A stretch of 64,000 bases of DNA from Octopus sinensis (GCF_006345805.1 NC_043003.1:15686001-15750000); one strand, 5' to 3'. Positions 38,687-53,399 are shown, numbered from the stretch's first letter. Made by a program: numbers and translations. Notes: a model not told the origin generated them from the letters alone.

Positions 38687-38688
<2 letters not shown>
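38636..38688. repeat. Perfect 25-bp fold-back hairpin
   Basis: tacaaaactatgagagagaatccac-ata-gtggattctctctcatagttttgta, at the end of a (TA)n-flanked repeat (38530-38690). Confidence 0.95.
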
Positions 38689-38717
<29 letters not shown>

Positions 38718-39156
38718 ATGTATATATATATATGCGCATATATATATGACTACGTGTGTATAGTTGTGAGGATGTGGTGTTATAGGATGATATGTAAACT
38801 CCTAAGTAATGTTTACCACACAACGTATGAGTGGAACACGCAAATGATGTGGAATTTAAGATGTTATAATACCAAGATGAGTTTGTGTGTGGGAAACAAA
38901 TCTCCAGTTTCGTTATGCCCTTTGAGCTATTTGTAACTTAATGCAGGAAATTGTTCCCTGATAATCCGTTGCGGTTGAGCATCTAAATCCACTTCGGGAC
39001 ACCCATTTCAGGGTTCCAAAGAAGCATAATTGTGAAACGCGCCTAGGAGCTTATATACTTGTGCGTATCCTTATTTCTCATGTGTGTGGCGGGGGGACGA
39101 ATAGCGTTTAGATGCGTTGATCAAGACGCACTAAAGCAATTATTATAGTGATTGTG

Positions 39157-39950
39157 GAGGCGCAATGGCCCAGTGGTTAGGGCAGCGGACTCGCGGTTGT
39201 AGGCGGCGAGCTGGCAGAAACGTTAGCACTCCGGGCGAAATGCTTAGCGGTATTCGTCTGCTGTTACGTTCTGAGTTCAAATTCCGCCGAGGTCGACTTT
39301 GCCTTTCATCCTTTCGGGATCGATAAATTAAGTACCAGTTACGCACTGGGGTCGATATAATCGACTTAATCCGTTTGTCCTCTCTGTGTTTATCCCCTTG
39401 TGGGTAGTAAAGAAATAGGTTGTAGGACCGCGGTTTCGATTCCCAGATCAAGCGATGTGAGTGTTTATTGAGCCAAAACACCTAAAGCTCCACGAGGCTC
39501 TGGCAAGGGGGTGGTGGCGATCCCTGCTGTACTCTTTCGCCACAACTTTCTCTCACTGCACGCCGGCTGAAATGCTTAGCGGTATTTCGTCTGCCGCTAC
39601 GTTCTGAGTTCAAATTCCGCCGTGGTCGACTTAGCCTTTCATCCTTTCTGGGTCGATTAAATAAGTACCAGTTATGCACTGGGGTCGATATAATCGACTT
39701 AATTCGATTGTCTGTCCTTGTTTGTCCTCTGTGTGTTTAGCCCCTTGAGGGTAGTAAAGAATTAGGTATTTCGTCTGCAGCTACGTTCTGAGTTCAAATT
39801 CCGCCGGGGTTGACTTTGCCTTTCATCCTTTCGGGGTCGATAAACTAAGTACCAGTATTGTACTGGGGTCGATCTAATTGACTTAATCCGTCTGTCTGTC
39901 CTTGTTTGTCCCTTCTGTATTTAGCCCCTTGTGGGCAATAAAGAAATAGC
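39157..39950 (+). mobile_element. Nested SINE cluster: family C interrupted by family A (39203-39417), then a family A dimer (39556-39950)
   Basis: 8-bp TSD ggttgtag at 39195-39202 and 39418-39425. Confidence 0.88.
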
Positions 39951-41337
39951 AATGATTATACTGATTATCTCTGCAGTACCTGATTATCTCGTCCATGTAT
40001 TCTCCAAGGATATTGAGTTTAGGATTATCGACAAGATCTTTGTTGCGAGTAGGCAGGAAAGTGCCCACGTCTTGCAGTTATTTAATCTGTACAATGCAGT
40101 AAATTCTCTTGGAATACATTACGAATAATTAGTCTATCATTTCTTTGCACTTTTAAATCAACGTCTCGACAATTAATATCTTATTTGTGCAATTTTGCTC
40201 ATTCAAAAATGACTTCCATTAAGACATTAGGACTTTGTTGAACAGTTCAACCAACTCGCCGCCTTCCTCGTAATAATAATACTAATAATGGCATGGATAA
40301 CGAAGATGATTTCTATATAAGTCACAAGTAGGAGTATAAAGGACATTATAAGGTCGTATTGCAAAAGCGGTGGAGTTTTACACAGAATCTATTAGGAAAA
40401 AAAAAATGGGTATGAAAATCAAGAGTAACCAAAAGAAAATAATATATTTCAATAAGCGAAAAGCCATCTAGAGCCATGTTCTCGTGTCGTACCGACTCAT
40501 AAGGACCGGTCTTCCGGTTTCCATAGCGTATGTATTCTCCACTTGGACGGGACGCTGGTCCGTGGCAGGATTCCTTATTTTTGTCAGCTGAGTCGACTGG
40601 AGAACATGAAATGAAGTGTTTTGCTCAAGAATACGTGTCACTCGGGCCAGGAATCGAAACTGCAATCTTACGGTCATGAGTCCAGCACTCCTAATCTCTA
40701 AGCCACGCGCCTCCACAGATGCATAACATCCCTAATTGCCAAAGATAAATGGCCTCTCACGGCTGTCTTCTCCAGCTAACTGGCATATTCTAGCAGTAAG
40801 TCTTACCATTTAGGCAATACTCACCACTCTCAGCTAACTTCCAGAAAATTTAACTAAGGGAGGGGCAGTTTTCTTCCCTGCTATGCCTTCTCGTCGTCTA
40901 ATAGGTGGATGAAGACCTGAGGCAAAAGACAAAAATGTCTGCTTCCAGTACTTTTAATCTCGTCCGTCACAAAACCTCTTTCGCTAAATTCACTCAACAG
41001 AGAAGGAAATACCTGCTCTTTCTAGGAAAATGGTGACGAGGTGCATCCTTTTGTGAATTCAGTGGATAACCAGACCCATTCTCTCCTACGTACAATAATA
41101 CTTTTTCGAATTGGGCGTTTGGATGGATGGGTGGTCAGGAGTTTACTTCCGACCACATGGTTTCGGGTTCATCTCCACTGCATGGCACCTAGGGCAAGTG
41201 TTTTCTAATATAGCTCCGCGTTGAGCAATTGCTTGTGGATGAATTTGGCAAAAGGAAACTGAAAGAAACCCGCCATAGATATGAGTGTGTATGTGTGTGT
41301 ATGCGTGTGTGTATGTGTGTATATGTGTGCATGCAGA

Positions 41338-41369
<32 letters not shown>

Positions 41370-43134
41370 TATGAATGTTTGTGTCACTGTGCTTGTATCT
41401 GACTCACCACTTGACAACCGTTGCTTTGTTTATGTCTCGGTAACTTTGCGATTCGATAAAAGTGACCGATAAAATAAGTATCAAACTTTAATAAAAAATA
41501 AAGCAAATACTGGGATTAATTTGTTCGACTGAATCCCTTCAAAGTGGTGCTACAACATGGCTGCTGTCCAATGATTGAAGCAAGTGAAAGGAAAGTAAGT
41601 ATAGAAATGGTAACTCAACAGATTAAAAACGATAATGAAACTAAAGTTCGTTTGTCTTTACGTTCTGAGTTCAAATCTCACCGAGGTCGACTTAACCTTT
41701 CGTCCTTTCGGGGTCGATAAATTTATTACCAGTTGCGTACTGGGGGGCGATCTAATCGAATGGCTGCCTTCCCCAAAAATTCCGGACCTTCTGCCTAGAG
41801 GAGAAAAGAATAATAAACCTAAAGCTCGTCTGTCTTCACGTTCTGAGTTCAAATTCCACCGAGGTCGACTTTGCTTTTCGTCCTTCCGGGGTCGAAAAAT
41901 TAATTACTAGTTGCGTACTGGAGGCGATCTAATCGACTGGCTCCCTCCTACAAAATTTCGGGCCTTGTGCCTAGGGTAGAAAAGAATAAGAATGCCACGC
42001 AATACACAAACACACTTCTCTACGTTTAAAGGAGAAGTTAAATAATATATTGTAACGATCAGATTCGAACCGGAGTGCAGTGAAATTGCAATGGCTGCTG
42101 TCAGAAACATAATTGCAAACAGAGCACGCCGTATCCACACCAACATCTTCCCTCCAACGATGCTGGGGGCATGGCTTTGAATTTTCAGTCGAATGAACCG
42201 ACCCCCTGTACTTATATTTTCAGCGTCGAACTTTTTCTATCGGTTTCTTTAGCGAACCGCTAGTTACGTGGATGCAAACACATCCACACCGATATCTTCT
42301 CTCCAACGATGCTAACCACAAAAGAACTTATATTTTAAGCCTCGTACTTATTCTATCGGTTTCTTTGGCGAACCGCTAGTTACATGGACGCAAACTCATC
42401 CACACCGATATCTTCTCTCCAACGATGCTAACCACAACAGAAGAACTAATAAAAGTCTATTTTTACCCGTTATGTTTAATGCCCATTTATACCATTTAGC
42501 AGATTATATCAGTCATTTAGGCAAACCTGTGGTTATCTCTATATGCGTATATTGCGGTTTTATCTCAATATTTAATATAATTATTTCCTGACTGCATTTG
42601 TGTCTGTTACATTGTTTGTTTTCCTTTTGTATTTAATTAGTATTATGTACCGGAAATACACTTAAATAAGTAGGTTTGCTTTATGTTTCTGCTTCACTCA
42701 AGCATCCTCACACATGCTGATATACACATAGGCGTATTGACACAATGGCGTCTGCGTAAACGATAAAAAGAAAGAAAAAAAGGGATCCGCTTATGGAACA
42801 GATAAGAAATAAAGATCCTTCCCGAGCCATATAAAGCCGTTTTCCCTGTTTTTGTGGCATATGTACTCCCTCCACCCTCTGGACGGTTACCGATCAGTCG
42901 CACGATTACTCATTTCTGCCAGCTGAGTGGAGGGAAGCAACGTGAAATGAAGTGGTTTCCTCAAGGGCAGAACACATCAAACATACGCGCATACACCCAC
43001 ACATATACATAGAGAGAATTACATACATAACTACATACATACATACTTATGTGTATGTGTGTATATACGTATGTATGCATGTATGTATGTATGTATGTAT
43101 GTATGTATGTATGTATGTATGTATCTATCTATCT

Positions 43135-43627
<493 letters not shown>

Positions 43628-44047
43628 GGCTGAAGTGAAGAGCATCGTTTTTTTGTATCCTCCTGTGTTTGTTTCTTTATTGATCTTTGAAATCGGGGCA
43701 GCTTTTCTGCCACACCCTGTATATACATCTAAATACTTGTATGCAAATATTTGTAAAGATATATATTATATATACCTATATGAATATGTTGTGAGTGTGT
43801 GCATGTGTGTACGTGTGTGTGCGCATTTGCGTGTATGTGTGTGTTTGCGTGTGTGCGCACGCGCGTGTATATAACAAATTAATATAGATGACCGTGCGCA
43901 ATGTTTTACGAAGAAGGAAACTATAAACGTCCCTAAATGTGACTAAGGGTGTTAGAACACCTACATTGCTAGAAATAAGCGCTAAAAAGCTTTAATCCTG
44001 TAGTCAAAGCACATAATTTTATAATCATATACTGTCAGGACTGATAG

Positions 44048-44079
<32 letters not shown>

Positions 44080-44131
44080 GATATATATATATAATATATA
44101 TATATATATATTATGTATAATATATATATAG

Positions 44132-44163
<32 letters not shown>

Positions 44164-44291
44164 AGATATATATATATATATAATGTATATATATATATAT
44201 GTATAAATATATATATATTATATATATATATATTATATATATATATGGATATATATATATATAGTATATAATATATATATATAATATTTAA

Positions 44292-44322
<31 letters not shown>

Positions 44323-44921
44323 TATAAAATAATGAGGTGTGAAAAATTGAATATTAATTTGATTAATATTAATTTAAAACCACTGGTCTAGCATGTTAAA
44401 ATCTGAAGGTTCAGAAAATTATATTACATGCATATAAGGGGGATGATAACTACGTGGATAACGCTTACGCTAGAAGTAGATCCGCTATATTATATATATA
44501 TATATCCTCCACATTAAACTAAGAGAAGAAAATGGAGGGTTAGTGGTTAATATTTATTTACTAATAAGTTGATAAGCAGTTCTTACGCTGTTTCCATTTG
44601 TACTCATTGTTGTGAGCAAGATATCAGGGAAAAGTTAGACCTTATAAAATCATGTTTTTCCCCTAGCATTTCTAGATTTATAGGAAATATTATATTGACA
44701 AGGAAATGAAGCTTCGGTTCTAATCCAGAAACGATTCGTCTATAATTAATCCATAGGCTGGGATTTCGTTATTTTCTGCCTTTTTTGCCATATAGGGCTT
44801 ACAAATTCTGTTTGTTTGTGGAGACTTTTACTAGTAGAAGAAATAGTGATCAATTTTGGCTGCTGTTTCTAATATTTTCGGTACGTGGTTTGAGCAACTT
44901 GTTGCAGTTAACCCTTAATTG

Positions 44922-44978
<57 letters not shown>

Positions 44979-46312
44979 TTTATACAGTCATTCACACGAA
45001 CATGCATATGTATGTGTGTGTCTACGTGAGTCTTTTATTTATTTGTTTCAGTCATTTGATTGCGGCTATACATTTTAGTCGACGAAATCGACCACAGGAC
45101 TTTGTAAGCCTGGTACTTATTCTATTCGTCTGTTTGAGGAACCGATAAGTTACGGGAACGTAACCACTTCAATATCGTTTGTCAAGCGATGGTGGGTGGA
45201 CAAACACAAACATAAAAACACACACATTAATATATATATATAAACAATAGGCTTCTTTCAGTTTCCGTCTAAACAAATCCACTGACAACGCTTTGGCCGA
45301 CGCGAGGCTATGGTGGAAGACACTAGCCCAAGGTGCCACACACTGGGACTGAACCCGACACCATATGGAGGGAAAGCATGATTCTTACCACATTGCCATG
45401 CCTATATATATGTGAGTATGTGTGTGTATGTGTGTGGTGTGTGTGTGTGTGTGTGTGTGGTGTGTGTGTGTGTATTTGTATATACACGTATGTATATTTG
45501 CAGTTACCTACGCACATATAGGATTTATGTGGGTGTATGTAATATATATACATACACAGGCTGAAAATATTTCTCTCTCATTCCCTCCCACTTCTCTCTT
45601 CCCCCATCTCTCTCTATCTCTATATCCCAGTTTGTCACGGCTCATTCTTTCTCTCTCATTCTCTGACTCTGTCTCATATATCATAAACCTTATTCTGAGG
45701 GCGTGAAGTAATTACGTCTATTCATGCTCCAGTGATCCTGAATTTCTGATACTTAATGGGAAAGCTGTTAATTCCCATTAAATATCCTGATCAGCAGCGC
45801 CATCTTCCGTCAGATGTGTGTAACTGTTAAAGTAGTATCACCTCCAGAGGAAACCAGTTATGTTTATTGTATGCAATCGTTTCTCTGGATTGCTTAGTTC
45901 ATATTTCAATAGAATCGACGCCGACGTCATTATATTATTATCAATAATCTTAACATTGTCAAATGTCTGAGGATATACCTTTTATCTTTTGCTTGTTTCA
46001 GTCATTAGACTGCGGCTATGCTGGAGCACCGTCTTGAATTTTTAGTCGAATGAATCGGCCCCCTACTCCTCACAAATGCTTACGCTTTAAATCTGGTACT
46101 TATTCCATCGGTCCGTTTGCCGAACCGCTAGATAACGGGGACACAAACATAGGTAATACCGGTTGTCAAGGGTTAGGGGTGAGTGGACAATCGCAGCCAC
46201 AAGTACACACATATAATTATATATAAATTAATAAATATATATATCATTCGCCATGATAGATCGCTAGCCACTACACATTCTTTATTTTCTCTCCTTGTTT
46301 CTTTCTGTGTTC

Positions 46313-46348
46313 CTTTCTGTGGAAGAGCGTAGGCTCGAAACGTTAAAG
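46313..46348 (+). ncRNA. Minimal PLE-type hammerhead motif (A6 to U variant)
   Basis: CTTT-CTGTGGA-A-GAGC GTAG GCTC-GAA-ACGT-T|AAAG. Confidence 0.55.
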
Positions 46349-46436
46349 ACATTTTCGATTCCCGATCGTTATACTAATACATCTGTTTGTTTCCTACACC
46401 ACCTGCCTTCGTTTTTGCGTTTTTTTTGTTAATTCT

Positions 46437-46479
<43 letters not shown>

Positions 46480-46493
46480 TATCTATATATATA

Positions 46494-46700
46494 CAGGTGT
46501 CCCAGAAGTCGCACACACATTCTGGTTTCATTTAAAATAATTGAAGCATTTTATTTTATTATATTTTTCTGCATGTTTTATTGAAGAGGGTGCTAAATTT
46601 GAGCATTTGTTACGATTAATTTCAATAAAGTGTTTTTGAATTCAATAAGTGTGTATTATATTAAAAAACCAGGATGGTGTGCGACTTCTGAGATACCCTG
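46494..46700. mobile_element. Tc1/mariner-type MITE (207 bp)
   Basis: TIRs CAGGTGTCCCAGAAGTCGCACAC / GTGTGCGACTTCTGAGATACCCTG; TA on the left. Confidence 0.85.
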
Positions 46701-46717
46701 TGAATATATATATATAT

Positions 46718-47125
46718 ATTACTCTTTTACTCTTTCACTTGTTTCAGTCATTTGACTGCGGCCATGCTGGAGCACCGCCTTTAATCGAGCAACTCGACCC
46801 CGGGACTTATTCTTTGTAAGCCCAGTACTTATTCTATGTCTCTTTTGCCGAACCGCTAAGTGACGGGGACATAAACACACCAGCATCGGTTGTCAAGCAT
46901 GCTAGGGGGACAAACACAGAACACACACACATACACATACATATATATATATATACATATATACGATGGGCTTCTTTCAGTTTTTGTCTACCAATCCACT
47001 CACAAGGCTTTGGTCGCCGCCCGATGCTATAGTAGAAGACATGTCCAAGGCCACGCAGTGGGACTGAACCCGGAACCATGTGGCTGGTAAACAAGCTACT
47101 TACAACACAAGCCACTCCAGCGCCA
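46718..47125 (-). mobile_element. SINE family B
   Basis: Reverse complement of the 5677-type copy. Confidence 0.85.
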
Positions 47126-47500
47126 TATCTCTTCTCTCTCTCTCTCTCTCTCTCCTTTCTCTCTATATATATATATATATATATAATATATAATATATAT
47201 AATATATATATATATTATATATATATATATATACAGAAGCCGCTCAAAAGATGCATGCATACTTCAGGAAGGGAATAAAAGTCTGTATGAATATTTTTAT
47301 TCAGTGTTATTACAGCTTATTCGGTATCATTGCAATTTGATAAAACATAGAAAGACGCATCTACATTTACAGAGATACTTATACAAGTTAAATATCTATA
47401 AGGATTTTTCCTTTCCTGAAGTCAGTATACATTTTCTTATACATGTATACATGTGTTTGTGTGAGTGTGTGTGTGTATCTCTCTCTCTCTCTTTCTCTCT

Positions 47501-47539
<39 letters not shown>

Positions 47540-47769
47540 TATATATAGTATATATATAATATATGTATATATTATATGTATGTATATATAAGTAGATATA
47601 TTAATGTACATATAATATTATATATGTACATATATATATGTACATATATATGTATGTATATATACATATGTATCTCTCACTATATATGTATGTTTATATA
47701 TATATATATATATGCATATATGTATGTATGTATATATGCATGCATATATATGTATGTATATCTATATAT

Positions 47770-48280
47770 CTCTATATTATAAATCTGAAATGCGAAAAGT
47801 TTGTTTGTTTGTTTGTTTGTTTGTCTGGTTTTGGCATCGAGAATGGGTTAAAGGCCACTAGATCCCGTCGGATTGAATCCAAAATTTACAGGGACATGTA
47901 AAATGAGGTGAGGATGCAAGTGGGCTAGGTTAGAAATCCCTATCTTAAAAGGTGTTCGTTGCTAGGGCCAAAAACTCACTTTGACAAGTCTACTCTCATT
48001 CTTTTATGTATCTGTCTTGCTCCGTCACTCACTCTCTTTCCTCCCTTCCCATCACTTTCTATATATAACGTCGTTTAACAGTGTCTAACTCCCCTTCACT
48101 TTCTCTTTATAACGTCGTCAAACAGCGTTCTATATCTCCCCCTCACCGCCTTCGACAGCGCTTTCACACCCTCTCTCTCTCTCTCTACGTCTGTCTGCAT
48201 TCATAGACAGAATTATCATCGCCACAACCACCACACAATCATGAGAACAAATATTATGAATCAGATATTTATTGGGTTAA
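47770..48280 (+). mobile_element. Helitron-like non-autonomous element fragment
   Basis: TC-AT-rich head plus (TTTG)n; homologous in reverse orientation to 56265-56670. Confidence 0.55.
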
Positions 48281-48384
48281 TTTATATATATGTCTGTGTG
48301 TGTGTGTGTGTGTTCTATATATTTTTTTTTGATTTTTTGATTTTTCCAGTTTCAGCTTATGAGCTGTGGCCATGCTGGGGCACC

Positions 48385-49046
48385 GCCATTTGGTGTTGCT
48401 ACCTGGTTTCACTTCATGAAGGCTTTCTAGCAACTGCTATTTGGTGCATGAGAGAGTTCGATGCAGCTGCCCTCATCTGCCCCTCCTGCCGTGAAGCCGG
48501 CCGACCCGGGACACCCGACAGGAAGAGATCCAGCCTCATTTTAAAGACATCTGTATCCACCCCATGCAGGTCTCTCAGGCCCCCCGGGAGGACACTGAAG
48601 AGCCGTGGGCCTCGGAAGCCCAGGCCACCACAGAATCTTGTCCTACATCTTGATGGCAAGTTTGGAGTCCTAGGCACCACGCAGTGGCGCCCAGTTCTGG
48701 CATCCGCGCAACTCTCGATGCCAAAGTTCAGGACACTTCCCTCCAGGATCTTCCAGATGTATATTATGGCATATCTTTCCCGCCTACGCTCCAGGGAATA
48801 TAATTTTAATTTCCTGAGTCTTTCCCAGTAGCTTACATTCCGCATAGAGGCCATCCTCTCCGTGCAGCTACGTTGGACCGCCTCGAGCTCCGCGATCAAC
48901 TTGACACTGGATGGTGACCATAACTGAGAGCAGTAGTCAAAGTGGCTTAGGACAAGTGTCCTCCAGAGGACCATCATGGTTTCTTGTTCTCTTGTTCTAA
49001 AGGTTCTGAGGATCCATCCGGCCAGTCGTCTACATTTCATTGCCAT
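48385..49046 (-). mobile_element. CR1/L2-clade LINE ORF2 C-terminal fragment
   Basis: ORF 48414-49046 ILRTF...LWRTLVLSHFDYCSQLWSP...LEAVQRS...SYWERLRKLKLYSLERRRERYAIIYIWKIL. Confidence 0.9.
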
Positions 49047-49262
49047 ATATATATAAATATGTATATTAAACTTTTTAATACGTTTTGATAGTTATATTTA
49101 TATTTAAAAAAATTATAAATATAAATTAATAATTTTAATTTTAAATTTAAATAATTTAAATTTTTAAATTTTATATTTTATATATTTTGTAGATATATTT
49201 TTATTGTTTTTTTATGTTTTTCACTCTTGATTTGCCTAATAGTGTTTTATCTCTATTTTATA

Positions 49263-49301
<39 letters not shown>

Positions 49302-49357
49302 GTATACATTTGCATATATAATGCGTACACACACACAAATATATATGTATACAATGC

Positions 49358-49396
<39 letters not shown>

Positions 49397-49399
49397 GTG

Positions 49400-50268
49400 T
49401 TCATTATGTGGTCGCTTGTGCTGAAAATATGCACACATATGTTAAAAGTGCTGGCGAGTTTGCATGGCAACTATTTTTTTCCTCAAATGAAAGGCGTGAC
49501 CTCTAGGACAAAATTCCTTATCTTATAAAATGTGACCCGAGTAGACCCGAATGAAATCGGGTTATATTAACCAAAATGTGAAAAGAGGTCTAAATGGGGC
49601 TTGAAGGGGATTAAAATTTACAGGAGCAGGTGTTTAGGAATTCTCTGTTACATGAAGCTAAAAAATTTGCGCCAGCCTTTAAATCGTCAACGTGTTGCCG
49701 TCCATGATGAAGAAGATTTGAATGCTTGCCATGGTGAGTCTACTGTCGTGAGAAAGAATCACTTCAAAACGTGGTGTTAGGATTTTCTTTTACAAGTTCA
49801 AAATTTACGCCAGCCGTTAAACTGCCACTACGTTGCTGTCCGTCGTTAACAAATGCCAGCCATGGAGACTCTACTATCCTCAGATTCTATCCCTTCAAAC
49901 TTTGGTTTCCAATATTTTTTTTATTCTTATTCAGCTCGCAAGTTCGTCTGTCCCTTTTAAATGTTAGTGTTTTGCCTTCTGCCTTGAAGCAGACCTTTCC
50001 GTTGTCACTGCCTGATATTTATGATTGATCTTTCAAAATATTTTACTTTCTCAACTTACTCAAGATCTTTTGTTGTTTGTAAATGGGAGAGAGATAGATA
50101 GAGAAACATAGAGAGTAAGAGAAAGCGAGGGAGAGTCCGAGAGAAAGGAAGAGTAAGAGAGTGGGAAAGTGAGAGAGAAAGGAGAGAGAAACAAAGAGGG
50201 AGAATGTGGTGATAAAAACAGAAAGTAAGAACCACACTCTTACCCCCGCGTTGCGGGGGTAAGCTAGT
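49400..50268 (+). mobile_element. Helitron-like element (copy 1)
   Basis: 3' hairpin ttacccccgc-gtt-gcgggggtaa then CTAG; homologous to 53478-54620. Confidence 0.7.
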
Positions 50269-50341
50269 GTATATGTATATTATATGTATTTATGTATAAT
50301 ATGTATATATAATATATATATATATATATATTATATATAGA

Positions 50342-50374
<33 letters not shown>

Positions 50375-51142
50375 CTATATATATATATATATATAGATGT
50401 ATATTATATATATATATATTATATATATATATATCTATATATATATATATATATATATAAAGGGTAAGCAACAGGTTGCTTAGCCACAACCGAAAATTTA
50501 GAAATAGCAGTCAAAGACCGCTTATTTCTATTTTCTACAAATGTAACTCCACATATAACATATATATGTAACTCACATATGTAAAAAGAAGGAAAAATAA
50601 CGAAAACAAAGTCTTCGGTCAGTTACGGAATCGTTTCTGGGTTAGAATTATAAATAATTTCATTCCCGTCTTCCTAATGGAATGTTACGCTGAGGACGAG
50701 AATGAAATTTAAATGTTAAACTTCTTGAAAGTTTTACATATATTTACAGTTCCAGTGATGGATTGGACCTGTAGTCTTCGAATCGGCTTTCGCTTTCTAC
50801 TTTTGAGAAGCCTAGTATGTATGTATGTATGTATGTATGTATGTATGTATGTATGTGCGTATGCATGCAGGCATGTATGTATGTATGCATGTATGTATGA
50901 ACAATCAGTGAGAAATTGTCAAAAACGACATGTAATATAATGCAATAAGTGATCGGGCCATACCCAATCGCAATAATTCGACTTTACGTGGAGGGATGCA
51001 GTATGCGTTGAGTTAAGAGCGTTGACAAGAGGTAATGTAAAGGTCGGCTTAATGCAGGCATAATACATGCTTGTTCACAGCTTATATATATATACATATA
51101 TATATAATATATGTGTATATATATATATATTATTATATATAT

Positions 51143-51173
<31 letters not shown>

Positions 51174-53003
51174 GTACACATGCATGATTCTTTGGTTTGG
51201 CTCAGTTACATTATTGATAATCTAAAACAATATAAACCAAAGTTTGGCATCTCATCGGCTGAATTCAATGAATATACATTCAATATATCTAAGCGGCGAT
51301 TCATTGAAATAAGGAGAAGAACGTTATTTATTATTCGTTGAAAAATTAAATACATTTCCTTCACATTATCATAACACACAACAACACACAAGGACTAAAT
51401 ACATCCATTAAACAGCAACCGCTTCGCTAACAAATGTCTTATTAATTTCTTTAAAGAATATTGATTATTGAGTTTGCTATAAAATGTTGGTTCAGCATTA
51501 AAACAGGACATTTATCTTGCTGTAGTATTACTAAAAGAATGATGCTGATGTTTGGGTATAATATTATAAGCTTCTAAGATAGCAATTACGTAGCAACGTT
51601 CTTAACTGGAAACCGAGTGCATGGACCGTTTTCATTTGTCAAACGTTGATATTGTCATCGGAGAAGTTTGACTAAAAGAATTCTTCAGAAGGAGGGGAGA
51701 TGCTCAGTTTTACTAACATTTTCCTTTTGTCTTTCATTCTTTCTTTCTTTCTTTCTTCTTTATGTGCAGTTCTTTCTATAAATATTTATTTCTTTATCTC
51801 GGATACATAAGATTGATTAATAAAGAATTTGCATATCTACTGATTACTACTTTATATCGTGCTAGTGGACGGATGGTTAGTTCTTCGGACAAAATACCTC
51901 ACCGTGTATATTTGTGGCTCTCTAAGTTGCGCGTTCGAACTCCACGGAAGTTAATTTTGTCTTTTATTCTTCCATGGTCTATAAAATAAAGTACCACTCA
52001 ATTACTACGACCAGCTTAATCCATTAACGCATCCTTAATACTCACCCTACGAAACCCTTTGTGCATCATATTTTGCTTGGCGCAGACGGTCTATGCATTA
52101 TGCATTTTGTAAATTTTTCACCAAATTTATTTTCTAGTTCACTATCTACACTACTAGACTGGTTTATAGCTTGGGTATCACCGGTGACTCCCGCGGTACA
52201 GAACGAATAGTATATTCATTGTACCGTTGGAGTAATCGGTGATATACATGTTTAAAAGTTTTTAAATGTCCATTTTACCTCCATTTATATTTTATTCCCC
52301 CCACCATTTACTTATGATTTTCCCCCGCATGTATATATGTTTTTTATAAACATAAACCTGTTCTCAAATATATTACGCACCCTGTATGCATATATGTATA
52401 TATATCTCCCTCACTCCTCCTATCTAGCTCACGTGGTTCCCACGGGACCATCGGCCACCTTTCTTTCTTCTCACTTGTGTTTCTTTCTCTCCGTTGTAGC
52501 TGGAACAAGGAAGACATGTTTTTGTCTGTCTCCTGTCCCTGCTTCATTTTCGCCTTCGCCACCACAACCTCGTTTAGTCTTAGCAGCCCTTCCTGTTTGT
52601 TTTCACTGTCCTGTTTGTGTTACTATTTTGAGCCTCCTCAAAATTCCAATTTTATTTAATTTGCTTTGCGGGAGCAACTGTTTTATCGAAAGCGTATATT
52701 GTTGTTAAATGCTTGAAATACGAGAGTAGATAAACAGCCAACAACGACGAAGGAGTGTTCTTAATGTTGTTTGTCGTATTTTCCATTTATGTCTCTCGTT
52801 CTTCGAAAACATAGTTCATATTCCATTTACTCGTACTTCGTACTTTTTTGTTGTACACGTTTCATGATATCCTGTGCCCACATATGCATATATATAAACG
52901 TATAAAACTATGTACATTTGCGTATGTATATATGCATATATATATATATATGTGTAATATATATATATATATTATTTATATTTATTAGTATGCATATATG
53001 CAT

Positions 53004-53087
<84 letters not shown>

Positions 53088-53399
53088 ATGATTCTTGAGA
53101 GAGTCGGGTACTTCAGTGCTATTGCACCAAATAGGGTTAAGTTAACCTGTAAGGAACTGATATTTATTCCTCATCTGTCATTATTTATTTGCTTACACAC
53201 ACATGCACACGCACACACACGCACACACACATATAATATATATATATACACATACACTCACATATATATATATATGCATACATGCACAGAACCCTCCCCA
53301 CACACACACTTATGTATACATTCACATACATGTACATATATACATATATATATATATTTATACATACATACCTGTACATGTACACAGATATACATATGC

